Source of the DNA: the human T2T-CHM13v2.0 reference genome, Homo sapiens
Length of the DNA: 64,000 nucleotides
Assembly: GCF_009914755.1 (NCBI RefSeq)
Contig: NC_060935.1
Strand: one strand, 5' to 3'
The translations under genes were made by a program, and so were the position numbers. Position 1 is the first letter of the stretch. Each line of letters begins with the position of its first letter. This document shows, piece by piece, positions 35,611 to 50,167 of this stretch. The notes under the pieces are model-generated. The model made no database searches. It was not told where the DNA came from and worked only from the letters and a program-made list of their open reading frames with translations.

Positions 35611-38513
35611 GTAAGACCTTACCACCTGAACCACTGATGCAGGCTCATACACCACTCTTTGATCTTGTAATCTTCTATTTGAACTAAACCACACTGCCAA
35701 CGATCTGTCTTAAAGTTTAGTCCCAATCATACCTTTGTTCTACTTGAAAGTCTTCAATGTCTTTACCGTATCTGAAGGCATCAACTTCTTAATGTTGTAA
35801 TAAAGGACTTTGTCTAAATGCCCCCAACTTCCATTCAAACAACCAAAAATGGATCTTGTGCGCTTCTGAAGCACAATTACCTTTTGGAATATCGGCATTA
35901 ATTGAATAAGGACAGTTTGCTATTTGAGATACAAGCTGGTTGCTATTTCACATACAAATTGGAGCTAATTTAAATACAAAGGGACTATTTCAGCTATCTA
36001 AGGAAGAGTAAAAAGAAACACACATCACAAAATAAAAACAAAAAGTGAAACAAATCTCATAAAGTTTGGGAACCAATTAACCTCTTCTGCATTCCAGTAC
36101 CTAGGATTCAGGAGGTTTACCTCTAGCTGTTTTCTCTGGACTCAGCTCCCAGCAGCTCTCAGTATCCATGCATCTCAGTTGAAAATACAAAATCTGAAGA
36201 GCCTGAATGGTCTAGCTTACATCAACCTCCACCTCAGCTATGGGGAGTGGGCCAGAGCACCAAAGTGCACAGATAGGGACTCACCCATGTGCTTTGGGGT
36301 AGTTCCTGCAGGAGCAATAATTAAAGGTTTTATTAATACTAATTCTTCCATGAGGCATCTCTCCTTCATTGAATCAGTGACTGTTATAATCCATTCTAGG
36401 GCCATCTTACAGTGATTTCCTTTATTGAAACACCCCTTGATCATCTTAAGAAAGTGTGACCCTGTTTCCTCTGAATTCCATAGAAGATGTATGTATTTTG
36501 TCAAACATTATATTTATTTATTTTTATATATCATATCTGTGTTGACAGTGCACAGCCCCACCAACTCATTAACTCTTTCAGGTAAGTTTTATTGTCTCAC
36601 TTGTCTTTGTATATCATCCCATTCATTTAGCATGTACAGCAATATCTACCTTAGAGTCAGTTCTCAGTAAATAATTGTTAGAGTGAAATGAATTTAAAGT
36701 AAGATATCTTAAGTTGTTGTATCCTAAGTCTCTTCAAATTACAGAAGAAGAAATCCAACCTGGTTTTGAAGATCATTCTCTTCCACTCTACTCTGCACTC
36801 TTCTTCCTTCCCTGACTGTCCCCCAACTCCAAACACCTTTTATAAAGTTCCGTGATGCTGCCTCAGAAAATATTCTAGAGACAAACAGTATCTCCATCAG
36901 GCATCCCTTAACTTGTCAGTCTGGATTTTCTTCTTAAGTACATTCCCCCAACACTTTCAACCAAATGTAATTCAGAGTACGTTCCATCTAAATTATTGAT
37001 GCCTAGATTCTGAGATGTAACATTTTGAATTAAAACCAGCCACTTAATTACACTGCTTGATGCCTGATTATCCAAGACACTGATTTGTATTTCTGTGGGA
37101 GTGATCATTTTTGGAAGCCTGAGGTGCAATATTTCTATCTGCTGTCTCTGTCTTATGGGTAGATATTGGACTAAATGCAGTTCTCATTTTGATGAGATTT
37201 AAATTAATTATACCTACTAAAGGCTTATTTCAAAATGCCCAGTTGCATGGTCTGCTGGAAGAATTGTCACTAAGTTTTCTAAGTTCAACTTAGGTGACAA
37301 AAAAAAAAAAAAAAACAAAGAATGAAACCTGAGTGTTTTTAAAACACAAATTTTTTGTTGTAACCCAATAAAATTTGCCACAGAATGAGACATGTATAGT
37401 TAATTAAATGCATTACTGAGATTGGACTGCATGATAATTGCATAAAAAGAGTAAGCATTTCATGTTAGTTATTATAAATAATATAATTTTCCAAACTAAA
37501 TGTATTTGAGATTGGCTTAAAGCAAAGAAACAATTTAAGTCACACTAAGAATAGTTGTGGTTATCACCACATTGTTGTGTTCCTAATTTAAATACAGGAC
37601 AAAATGCCAAGGAAAAAAGGGGATGATATGTCCCACAAAACAGCTTGTAATATGTCAGTCCTCATGTTAAAGAGCTTTGGAAATGGATCTGGTAGCAGAA
37701 TTGAGCTGCCAAGACATAGCTTTTAACTGTTTTACTCTTGTGGCAAAAAATGCCCAGTAAATTATTGCTATGTATTAGTGTTGCCATTAAGTTGTTGTTA
37801 AAATGCACATGTATGTGCTGAATTAGCATCAAGTGCTCTGGCAAGTAGTGCATTCTCTATACGTAGTAGATTTTTTTCATTAAGTGTTTTGACATTAAAT
37901 GAATGCCATCTGTAAACATCATGGAAACCTGGAGTTACTATGGAAACAGATGATGGGGGAGACCTCAGGGGAGAACCCCCACAAATACTAGCTGTGAGAT
38001 TTTCTTCCTTAGTTCTCTCCTGATTTACCCAGCTTCTTGGGATTAGTTTGTCATTAATGTCCTGACAGTGAAATTTCCAAAGTGCTTTGAAGGGCTTATT
38101 TTTCTATCACTACCCCAGCTATTTAAAATCGAGTAAACACCATCAGGCTCCATTCACTTACGCAAGGACTCGTGATTCTAATTGCCATTCCCTAAGTATT
38201 ATATATTGTTTGCACAAAATAGCATTGCTTTGCCTTCAGATAATCAGTTCAATGACAGCTGCAATGAGTACTCCTCCTACTATTCAGCATCAGGTGCATC
38301 CTCATAGCTTTCCTGTCTTCCTTTTGTGAGTGATAATTATCTCAGTCTTTTGATCTTAATATTTATGCTGAAACATCTGTATTCCATACACTATGATGGC
38401 AGAAGGCACCTGGATTTCTTCTGTTAGGCTTATATTGCTGGCTTTCTTCTGCTTTACTACCTTTTCCTCTTCAATATAACAACTAAAGGAATAAGGCCAT
38501 TAGCCGTCTTCTT

Positions 38514-38960
38514 TGTACATTTTAGGGCAGTGCTGGTGAGGTAATAGATGAACTTCAGCATTTCAGTGGCTTGATAAAATAGACATTTATTTCTCACTCA
38601 TGTAAAGTTCAAAGTGAGAGATCCTGATTGGTAGAGGCTCTCATCCAAGCAATGATGCAGAAATCCAAGTTTTTCCATTTTGTGACTCTGTTAACTTCAA
38701 TATGTGGCTTCCAAGATTGCAGCAGTTTTCTGTATTTCAGTCAGCCAAAAGAGAAAGAGATGTGAAGAAGCATGTATGGGAGATTTTCATGAGCCACCCT
38801 ACAAGTGAGACACATTGACTCTGCTTGCCTTCTATTCACTAAAATTTGGTCACATGACTCCGTTTACCTATAAGGGAGAGTGGAAATTAGTAGTCCCCCT
38901 ATGTACCCCAAAATAAGAGGAAGAAAGTTTGATGAACAGCTAATCAGTCTTACTTTACTA
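38514..38960 (-). mobile_element. LTR33-like ERVL solo LTR
   Basis: tttcagtggcttgataaaatagacatttatttctcactcatgtaa...gaggaagaaagtttgatgaacagctaatcagtct. Confidence 0.65.
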
Positions 38961-40560
38961 TGTGAAAGTTGCATTAAGGCATTTAGTTGATTAAGGGTAT
39001 ATTTTAGTAAATTAGTCTTTTGGTTCACTTAATACAGCTTTTACTGTGCTGGTTAATGACTGCAAATAGTTCGGAATATATTGGATCTTCAAGCTGTACT
39101 AAAATTGAGAGGAGAAGTAAAGCATGAACCCCACAACAATTTAGGAGAGAGCACATAGAGGAGTAACGAGGGAGGAAGGCACTGACAGCAGGATCAGTGA
39201 ATGGTCAATGCCATTTTGTAAGAGGCCGATGGGGATGAAGCCCTTAGGGATGGCTTTGGTTGCCAAATGGCAGAAATAGTGTCTCTGTCATGAGTCTTTT
39301 GTTTGTGAGTACAGGGTTCTCTATGATCTAGGCAAAGCGAAATGTACTGACAGAATACAGATATAGCTCATTGAATTATTCTTTTATTTTTATTCTCTTT
39401 CTTCTTACTCTCTACACCTAAACTAACTTTGCTTTTCAGTGTATATGGTATCAGATTGCTGCCCTAGCAGTAAAACTACTGTAGGACATCCAAATTAGTG
39501 AGTAAAATTTCAGTCTTTACTGCCAATTGATTGGCCAAATATAGCTAAATATCTTGGTTCAATCCATAGTAGCCAGGAGGTCAGAATCAGTTTATTCCTT
39601 CACTCATTCAAGTTGTACTGAGCACATTCTATGCCCTAGACACTATTGTATAAATTTAACATAAACGTGGTTTTAGGGCCCAGGTGTGTGTGTATGTGTC
39701 TATTAATGAAAGGGGGATATTGGTTGAGCAGACACACCAAGGGTTAAAACTTACAGTTTGATTGTCCAATATTTACGGTGTATATATGTGTATGTGTTTT
39801 TAATTTTGCAGGCCAATGTTTAAAAATATGAAAAAATAGCATCTATATTTTAAAAATCAATTAAAAAATAATTTTCCTGTGTCTCTAGGCATAAAATGGA
39901 CAAATAGGAATAGAGGATGAACTTAAGGATGAAAGCTTATTAAACAAATTTGACAAAAGATAATGTCTTACATTTCTTTTAAATTAATGTAGTTATGGGC
40001 ATTTCTTTTGTGATTTCATGTTACTGAAAAAGGATTTGTTTTATGACATGCCATCAGCTGTTACCAGTCAAAAGCTGTGATATAAAATGGAAAAAAACTC
40101 ACACATGTACATGTGTAAATATATATGTATGTGTAGATGTATAGATACATAATATGTGTGTATATATATATATGCGTGGATGAATGTATGTGTGTGTGTG
40201 TATAAATAATTGTGGAAAAGTTTGAGAATCTTTATCCAGGTATGATCCTAAATCAGGATAGAAATGGGAATGCCCTTTGCAATAAAAAAAATAGTGCAGT
40301 ATTTCTGGACAGGACATGAATTATTTTATAAAGCGTATAAGTTTATTGTTTCTATAATAAGTAGTATGAAAATTAAGACTAGGTATGTCTTCTTTACTAA
40401 AGCCTGCAAATGACAGATAGAGAATAAGATAGTACCAGGAGTGTGGACTCTGCAAACCAACTGTGGCACATGACCCTGACATCTTTGTAGTTAGAAAACC
40501 AGTCTGCTTGAAATTATGTTTCAATCATTAGCTTCTTTATTCTTATTAAAGCATTTCCTT

Positions 40561-41033
40561 CATATATATGTGTGTATGTCTGTGTGTGTATATCTATTAT
40601 GTGTGTGTGTGTGTGTGTGTATTTTCCCCCAGAAGGTTGTCTTGAACCATCAACTAAAACATATATATTTTATTTAGTTAAATATATATATGATATACAT
40701 ATGTAACTGAAATATACATACATATTTAAATAAATATATTTATATTTTTATATGTGTATATATGTTTATTATATATAACTAAAACAATATCTACATTATA
40801 TATACATAATATATACATATATACAAATATACATATGATATACATATATAACTAAAATACAATATATACATCACATATACTTAAATATATAAACATATTT
40901 AGTTAAATATATACATTCATTAAATATATATTGTGTATATATATTATGTTTTAGTTATATATGTATGTCATATATATGTATATCATGTATATATTTCCCC
41001 CCAGAGGCTTGGATTGAACCAGTAACTAAAACA
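40561..41033. repeat. (TG)n/(TA)n low complexity bracketed by a 42 bp direct duplication
   Basis: Copies at 40620-40661 and 40992-41033 (35/42 identical). Confidence 0.85.
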
Positions 41034-41430
41034 AATGGAGCAGCAAGCTGAGTTTATGAGAGCATGGGACTATTGTGTCCATCACAATGGGTCAGGTTCT
41101 GGCTTGTGGCCTCACAAATGTCAGAGTCACAGTGGTCAGGAGAGAAGCTTTGACAATTCAGTAAACCTACCATGATGATTAGAAAATAACCGTAGTAACA
41201 ATAGCATCCATTTGGGCACACATGATGGATCAGACAGTGTAATAGAAACAGTTGACATATTTATTAAATGTAATCCCAATGTTAGCACTTAAAAATAACT
41301 ATTTTTAATTTCATTTTGCATATGGTAAAACTAAATAACAGAGAAGTAAAAAATAATGCCTAAAACATTGCCTTAAATATATCTAAGCCTGAGCTGTCTA
41401 ATATGGTAGCCATTAGCCACATGTGACTAT

Positions 41431-41939
<509 letters not shown>

Positions 41940-42225
41940 CCACTTGTGACTATAAAAAATAAAAATTAATTACAATTAAATAAAGGTAAAAGTTTTGACC
42001 CTCAGTCATACCATTTACATTTCCAGTGCTTAATGGTCACATGTGGCTAGTGGCTGTCATGTTGATCAACACAGATATAGAACATTTCTATCATTTCAGA
42101 AAATTCAACTCTGTGCTGAAATTGTCAATTATAGAAAAGCCTAGGCTCAAACCCATGTTGTCACAAGGGCTGTGCCCTTTTTCAGTAATACACGAATAAT
42201 ACTTATATTGATTCAATTTAGGTAT

Positions 42226-42543
42226 TTTACTTATTTACTTATTTATTTATTTTCTCTTTTAAGAGACAGGGTCTCACTCTGTTGCCTAGGCTGCAGTGCA
42301 GTGGTGATGCCTCACGTTAGCTTTGGCCTTATAAGCTCAAGGGATCCTCCTGCCTCAGCCTCCCAAGTAGCTGGGACTAACAGGCATGTGCCAACACAGC
42401 CAGCTAATTTTTTAAAATTATTTTGTAGAAACAGGGTTTTTCTATGTTGCCCAGGCTGGTCTCAAACTCCTGAGCTTGAACAATCCTGTTGCTTCTGCCT
42501 CCCACAATGTTAGGATTACAGGTGGGAGCCACCGTGCCTGGCC
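42226..42543 (-). mobile_element. AluJ
   Basis: gagacagggtctcactct...gctcaagggatcctcc...gagccaccgtgcctggcc. Confidence 0.88.
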
Positions 42544-42789
42544 TCAGTTTCGAAAGTTTAATTCCCAAAGTATTGGTCTATTTAATCATCATGTTCTATT
42601 GCTTTAGAAACTAAAAAACATAAAAATAGATTTAATTATTTTAGTGTTTATTTGATCATGAATCATTTCTAATTATGAAGTTATTAGTTTTTCCTATATT
42701 CATCGTTAAAGGGTTAATTAGACTGTAATTTACCTACAAAACACTTATGACCAAAATATTCACAGAGTGCTTATCAAAATCATTCCTGC

Positions 42790-43320
42790 ATTCTTCAAAT
42801 ATTTATGTGCAGACTTTTCTATGTCTTGAGGGTATAGTGCTGCCCCAAACAGACAAAAACCCCTGCCTTTAAGAACTTTCATTCTACTGAGGAGACAGAC
42901 AAGTGTATTTTACATATATATATATCATATTAGAAATTGATATAATAACATTTATTTAGAAATAAAAGAAAGAGGTATAGTGAAGGTTGCAATTTCAAAT
43001 ATGTGTTAGATATTACAGAGAGGATGACATCCGAGTATTGATGTAATATAGCTGATGAGAATTTGGGGGAGGAATGGTCATGTCTTGCAGACAAGGATAA
43101 AGACTCTGAGGTGAGGTGTAAGTGTGCCCAGTGAGTTGTAGGATGGCAAGAGAGGCTGGAGCCTTGGATAAGAAGCAAAGAGGAGTAAAAAATAAAGTTG
43201 GCAAATAAGTAGGGGAGGAGTGAAATTTGGGCAAATATCTTGGGTGATGTGGGTTGTTTAAAATATTTGTCTTTTACTCTAAGAGATGAGGAGGCAGAGG
43301 TATCAGAAGGAGATCATTGC
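42790..43320 (-). mobile_element. L2 fragment
   Basis: aaacagacaaaaacccctgcctttaagaactttcattcta...gaggctggagc. Confidence 0.65.
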
Positions 43321-43664
43321 AGAGATGGAAAGTAATACGAAACAAGCATTTTATTAAAAGTACATATTTTTGACAAATACCTAGAGTCCTCATAAGTGAA
43401 TCATATAGTCTTCATATGGCCATATACCTTTATTTAGATTTAACAACTCTTCTTTAGACATCTATTATATTTAAAACAACCTATTACAATTATACTCAAA
43501 TCAACAAGCACTAGTTAAGAGCACTAGTAATCCTCATTTGGCAGATAGCCTTGTATGTACTTCTAAAACAGATTTTATCAAATGCTTCCCAAAAACTTTA
43601 ATCAGTTGGAAGATGATTCAGCCCTTTTCCCTTGGTTTTGCTTCTTTTGCCTATCTGATTAGTA

Positions 43665-44010
43665 CAGATAGTGCCAGACTTATAATTTTTTGACTTTGGT
43701 GCAAAAGTGATATGCATTTAGTAGAAACTGTATTTGAATACACATAAATCCATTCAATTTTCACTTTCAGTATATAGCATTTAGTAAGTTACATGAGCTG
43801 TTCAACACTTTATTGTAAAATTGGCTTTTTTTTTGGATGATCTTCCCAAGGATAGGGTAATGTAAATGTTCTGAGCACATATAAGGTAGGCTAGGCTAAG
43901 CTATGATACTCAGTGGGTTAGGCATATTAGATGCATTTTTACCTAATGGTATTTTCAACTTAACACAGATTTATTGGGACGTAACACCATTGTAAGTCAA
44001 GGAGCATCTG
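43665..44010 (-). mobile_element. MER47A (TcMar-Tigger)
   Basis: TIRs cagatagtgccagacttata / tgtaagtcaaggagcatctg with TA duplication; internal aaggtaggctaggctaagctatgat. Confidence 0.85.
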
Positions 44011-45401
44011 TATTTGATTTAAGCCATAAACTAATGGATTTATTTATTTATTGTCTTACATTCTTATTCGTTTAACCAAACGCTTACTGCGTTACTATGT
44101 CAGCTCCCTCAGGAAAAAGGTCATTCAGATGCACTTGCTTACTCCAAAAGTTTTCAATCTAATGATAAAAAATAAACAAACATGTAGAAACAAATAGTAC
44201 TTAACAAAATTATTTACAATCTGTTGGAAATATCTGTGAATGCCAAGCATGGTACTCGATGGTTCCACATATTATCTCAGGTAATTCAACTAGAGATAAT
44301 GATTTTATTCACATTCTTGTTCTTTAAGAAATAAAAATAGAGTAATTGTAAGTTCTGAGAGGTATTTCTTGGTTTACTGTTTTTCTGTGTTCAAGCAAAA
44401 GTAATTTTTCCATGCAACTAAAAGACCCATACATTATCCTACTACTAATACTTAAGAATAGAGAAGAGGCAGTATCCTTTAAAACCATAGTTCTGCCTCC
44501 AGGCAAGCATCTGCAGGTGTTTTTCTGAAGGAAAGTTACTGAAATCACTGCACGCCAGGGCGGTATGCCCAGTTATGCAAATTAACCTCCAATAACCTTG
44601 CAGATATATTTTGGTATTTTGGCTTTTGAAGCCTTTGCAGTTTATGTGACACTGCATCTATTCTCCAGATATAGAATTGTGTTCTTGAGTCTTTTTTTTC
44701 CTGTTCATACATTTAGTTCAACACATACTGTCTTTTATTGCTCCTTCTGGTATTCTGTTAGAAGAAATCATATACACATATGAAATCTACAGGCATTCTA
44801 CTTAAACAAGTAGCAGCTAAATATTCTGTATGCCAGTATGGACTTTGTACTACTTGGAATATTTGGTTTGTTTAATAATGCATCTGGAGATTACCAGCTC
44901 TAGACCATTTCAAAATAGCTGTAACACTGGATTTACTCACCACCTTCAGGACAGATGAGTTTCTGAAGTCCTTTAACTGATTGTTAAGTTGTTTATCTGC
45001 TTCTCATACAGGGTATAAGGGTATTAACAAGAAATGAGAATAATAGGGCACGTCACCTAAACTCAGCTGACTTACAAACTAATTTATCTAAACTAGTTAT
45101 CTAAAAACATTTTTTTGATGTGAATATGGTAACTGATTTTTTTAATGATTAATTCACTTAAAATTTGATCTAATTTTGAGTGGGTCATATTTTGTATCCA
45201 CTTTTACATATGAATAATTACATGAATTCAATAATTTAAAATTTTTTTTCCTCAAAGGTCTTCCGATTTATGTGTTTCAAACTATATTTTATATAATTGC
45301 AGTGCTATATGAACACTAGGGTTTACCAGTATTCTTGTGGAAATAGACTCCCTATAACGTCTTGAGACCTTTTGATTGAAACATAGCTTTAAAGAAGGGT
45401 C

Positions 45402-45800
45402 TGTATCAGTTAAGATAGTCTAGTTTATGCTATGATAATGATCCAATATTTCCGTGTTTTAAGATAGACGCGTACTTTTCGCTCATGCTATGGGTATGCT
45501 GGAAGTCACTGGGGAATTCTGGTCCATGCTGTCCTCATCTGGGGACCTCGAGTAAGGGAAGGCTATCATCTGTATTTGTTGTTGATTACTGCTATACGGG
45601 AAGATAAATAATTGTGCTCCACCTCTTAAAGTACTCTGCCTGGAAGATGCATTTATCTTTGCACATGTTTCATTGGGTAAAACAAGTCACATGGCTATGC
45701 TTAACTTCCTGGGACAGGTAATTAATTATAGTTCTACCATGTTCCTAGAATGAAGAGAACCAGATATATACATGAGTGACTAGTATCAATGTCTACCACA
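45402..45800 (-). mobile_element. MLT1I/J-like MaLR LTR
   Basis: tgtatcagttaagatagtctagtttatgct...cattgggtaaaacaagtcacatggc...atgtctaccaca. Confidence 0.65.
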
Positions 45801-45814
45801 GGTTATTAAAGATC

Positions 45815-45985
45815 AGAAAGAAAGAAAAAAGAGAAGAGGGGAGAGGAGAAGGAAGATGGAAAGGGAAAGAGATAAAAACAGAGAAAGGAGGGAGACGGAG
45901 AAAAGGGATAAAGAGAGAAAAGGAAGGAAGGGAGGGAGGGAGGGAGGGAAGAAGGTAGGAGGGAAGGAGGTAGGGAGAGAGGGAA
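45815..45985. repeat. Polypurine (GGGA/GGAA) low-complexity tract
   Basis: Directly visible. Confidence 0.9.
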
Positions 45986-46124
45986 ACCTGGCTTAAATAC
46001 TTGAAAGGTGCTTCTGTGTGTGCATGTCTCCTTTAATAGCGATACACATATATGTTGATTAACACATGCAACTTGTTAGGTGGCTAAAAAGGCTTCACAG
46101 AAGAGGTAACATTTTAGCATCATC

Positions 46125-46413
46125 TTTTTTTTTTCTTTGAGACAGCTCTGTTGCTCAGGCTAGAGAGTGCAGCCACATAATCACGGTTCACTTTAGCCTC
46201 TGCTCTGGGGCTCAAATGATCCTCCAGCCTCAGCCTCCTGAATAGCTAGCTGGTTCCACAGACACATGCCACCACTCCAGCTACATTTCATTTTTTGCAG
46301 AGATGGGGTCTCACTATGTTGCCCAGGCTTGTCTTGAACTCCTGGCCTCAAGTATTCTCTTACCTCTGCCTTCCAAATTGCTGGGATTACAGGTAAGAGC
46401 CACTGCACCTCAC
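46125..46413 (-). mobile_element. AluJ
   Basis: gggctcaaatgatcctccagcctcagcc...gggtctcactatgttgcccaggct. Confidence 0.88.
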
Positions 46414-46590
46414 TACTGCATGGTCTTGAAGTAGAGGAACAGGAATTTCTAGGCAGAAAAAGAGGTTAAAGGAATTCCAGGCAAGATACTATACTAGCAT
46501 GACTAGAGATGTGGGACCAAGAAAGAAGAGGGTGATTTAAGAAGCTGGAGAAAATGTTTATTTATTTTATTTTATTTTTAAATCACTGGA

Positions 46591-47009
46591 TGTGATAGCT
46601 TAGATTATTGGTCATCAAATATTTACTGCCCTGTCCTTCAGCTGTGAGACAAATATACATTTCTGCCTCATTGATTTATTTCAGGTTTAGCTATGTGACT
46701 TTCCTGGCTAATGGAATGCAGAATCGACAGGGTAGAAATTCTGAGCTTTGACTTTAAGAGGTGTCATGTGTTTCAGCTTGCCCCCGGCAGCATGTGACCT
46801 CCTACATGAAAAAATGTGCCTAGATCTGCTGTCTCTCGAGCTGAGCCCCAGAATGAGATATGTGAAGCAAAGCCAGCCCAGCTAAACAGCAGACCCACAG
46901 CAACCTTTAGACTTATGAAGGGGATAATACATGCTCATTATTATTTTACTTAATTTTGTGGTGTTTTCTTTATTATATAGCATTATTTTGTCCCTAGTTG
47001 ACTACTACA
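46591..47009 (+). mobile_element. MLT1H-like MaLR LTR
   Basis: tgtgatag...ctatgtgactttcctggctaatggaatg...agccccagaatgaga...tagttgactactaca. Confidence 0.65.
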
Positions 47010-47476
47010 GTAGGAAACGTATAGTTTATATTTTTAAGATTTTTAAGGCAGAGTTGGGTAAATATGGTTTTCAACTCAATTAAGACCGTAAATAAGACTA
47101 TTTTTTTAAATGAGTAAAAAAGTTCTGTAATATCTTTTTACTTATATGTAAGATAAATGTGTGAATGAGGAATGGGGAGAGGGCATATATTTGACTTCTT
47201 CAAGAAAAATAATCAGATGTGGTAGCTTTTTGTTTGTTGTTCTGCAAGCTTCTGCTGGATGTAATAACCAAGACAAGAAGGAAGTTGCCTATGCTGGCTT
47301 TCTTTTTTCTGTCACCTCCATGGTCTTACCTAATCACCCTGAGTTATGGGGTTAACAGATTAGTGAAAGTTGAAATAATTCTCCATGCCTTAAATTAAGC
47401 CTTATCTGAATTTCACATAGCATCAGTTTCTTACATGTGAATGTCACATTTCTCATTTTTTAAAACAAATTTTACT

Positions 47477-47593
47477 GGGCTTAATAGCTAGGTGATGGGT
47501 TTGTCTGTGCAACAAACCACTATGGCACACATTTACCTATGTAACAAACCTGCACCTCCTACATATGTGCCCTGGAACTTAAAGAAAAGTTGA
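47477..47593 (+). mobile_element. L1PA15/16 extreme 3' fragment
   Basis: gggcttaatagctaggtgatgggtttgtctgtgcaacaaaccactatggcacacatttacctatgtaacaaacctgcac. Confidence 0.8.
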
Positions 47594-47691
47594 TTTAGAA
47601 ACACCTGTAATATAATAGCTTAAAATAGCTAGGCTGTGGAGAAAAACAGAATTGAGTTTGAAATGACTCTACCACTTACTAGCTGTGTTGC

Positions 47692-48050
47692 TATATTAGT
47701 CTGTTCTCATGCTAATAAAGACATACCCAAGACTGGATAATTTATAAAGAAAAAGAGGTTTAATGGACTCAGTTTCACATGGCTCGGGAGGCCTTACAAT
47801 CATGGCGGAAGGTGAGTGAAGAGCAAAGTCGCATCTTACGTGACGTCAGGCAAGAGAGAGTGTGCGTGGGAACTACCCTTTATAAAACCATCAGATCTCA
47901 TGAGACTTATTCACTATCAAGAGAACAGCATGGGAAAACCTGCCCCCATAATTCAGTTACCTCCCACTGGGTCCCTCCCATGACACCTGGGGATAATGGG
48001 AGCTACAATTCAGGATGAGATTTGGGTGTGGACACAGCCAAACCATACCA
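47692..48050 (-). mobile_element. THE1C-like solo LTR inserted in a MIR (~47620-48180)
   Basis: tattagtctgttctcatgctaataaagacatacc...gacacagccaaaccatacca; 5 bp TSD gttgc/tttgc. Confidence 0.9.
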
Positions 48051-49068
48051 TTTGCCTTAGGTAAATTATTAAATTTATTTAAGCTTGAGTTTTGTCCTAT
48101 AAAATAAGGGTAGAATATTATCTATCACATCTGGTTGTTTTAAGCTAATGTATATAAATGCATTTAGCACAATGCATAGTACAAAAGGAAGAGCAATGAT
48201 GATGACAATGAAAATGGTTTTCTGTTGAACATTTTCATGAGAATTAGAAGACAGGAAAGGAAATACTTGCTTATGGTGTCATCTTACCTCCAAATTCTAA
48301 ACTTTGTGTTACTTGACTTTTGTTAAACTAAAGGGGAAAATGAAAAAGAAAAAGGGGAGAAAATATGAACAATTTGTTCATGTGACTTGTTACTCTTGAA
48401 TAGCACACACAAAAAGAGGCTTCTAACCTGATCTAAAACTATATTATTTTCAGTACACAATTGCATTTTTGGTAGAAGTACAGAAAGTAAAACTATTTTC
48501 AATAAATAATAGGAGGTTAGAATAATTGAAAACTTCCTGGTACAATGATCTTACTTAAAATAATGTTTCCCAGCATGCCCAAATTTGAATCAACTAGATA
48601 GAATATCTTTCACTGATTCATTAGGAACTCAAAGCCTAATTGTTTCCTGTTCTTTATCAACATAAATACCTCATCACATATTTCACTGGACAGACAAACA
48701 GATTGTTGAAACTAGTGTTATACTTTTGTCTGGGCCCACACAGCAGTAAACTTTCCTCTTGTCAAATAGGCTATCATTTGGAAAATTACATGAGATACAT
48801 CAGAGAACAAAATACTTAAAATCATGTAATTAGCTTTAGAAATGAGGACTTTGTGAGTGTAAATGGCAACATTTTGGCAGAATTTAAAAAAATCAGCCTT
48901 GATCATAGATTAGGGTACATTAACCGTGTACCTAGGTTAAAAGAAATTGAAGTTTTCCATTATCATTTCTTTTTGGATTTTGTTTCTTCTTCTTTCCTTT
49001 GCATTTTTTTTTTCAGCTTTGATAATGGCTCCTCTGGCCAATTCTGATAATGTAGGTCTTCAGGTTAA

Positions 49069-49101
49069 TGTGTGTGTGTGTGTGTGCATGTGTGCGTGTG
49101 T
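49069..49101. repeat. Imperfect (TG)n
   Basis: Directly visible. Confidence 0.9.
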
Positions 49102-49210
49102 AAGTTATGCGATGTATGTTCAAAATGTACGAGTTGCTGTTCTGGCTGTCATACATAAGAATAAGGCATGTATCCCCAAAAGTTCTTCAGATCAAATGCA
49201 AGAAAATAAC

Positions 49211-49488
49211 TTTATTTTTGAGACAGAGTCTGATGAGACAGGAGCTATAGTAGAGTAATCACAGCTTATTGCAGCCTCAAACTCTTAGGCCCAAGTAATC
49301 CTCCAATCTTAGCCTCCATAGTAGTTAGAATGACATGCTGCAACCTGAGACCTTGTTAATTTTGATTTTTGTAGGGATGGAGTCTTGCTATGTTGAAAAG
49401 GTGGTCTCAAACTCCTGGACTCAAGCAATCCTCCTGCCTAAGCCCCCCAAAGTGCTGGGAGTATAGGCATGAGCCATGGTGCCCAGCC
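49211..49488 (-). mobile_element. AluJ (degenerate)
   Basis: ggactcaagcaatcctcctgcc...gagccatggtgcccagcc; aaaataacttt on both sides. Confidence 0.85.
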
Positions 49489-50167
49489 TTCAAAATAACT
49501 TTTATTAGGCAAGGTTCTTTGTTGCAAGCACAACCTGCTTCTCATTGCCTTAAGCAATAAAAAGAATGTATAGAACCTGGCAATGAAGTGTCTCAAAAAT
49601 AATGAATACTCGATTTGGGCATAACTAGTTAGAGTTAATGTTAGAACCAACAGAGATTGGCCCCTCTCTGCCTTTCAGGTCTAATCTCCTTTGTTCAGAC
49701 TTCATTTCCACTTACTCTTGTGGCTTGATGGCTCCTGGCAGCTCCAAGCCTTTCTGTTAGAAATTCCAGATGTACTTATGTCTATATAAGGTATTTATAT
49801 TTTTCATGTTCCTTTATGGCTCTAAATGCTTTTCCTAATCCGTAACATGCCCTTTCCTTTTTTCAGCTGATTACTGATTAATATTTATTCAAAAAGTAGT
49901 TCAGATTTCATCTCCTTCAGGAAGGCTTCCCTGATCAGCTCAGTCTGAATTTCTTAATCATGTGCTAATTACACCATCTTTTTTAGTTGCTTCTAGCACT
50001 TATTACATGATTGAAAGTGTCTGGCTTTTATGTTTATATTCTCATTGTAAAATATGACACCTATCAGAATGTAGATGCTCAATAAAAACACATTTTTCAA
50101 AATATTCCAATTTTTATCTTCATGAAAATAATCTATTTTTGTTAAAAGTAACTATTAAAAAATAAGG

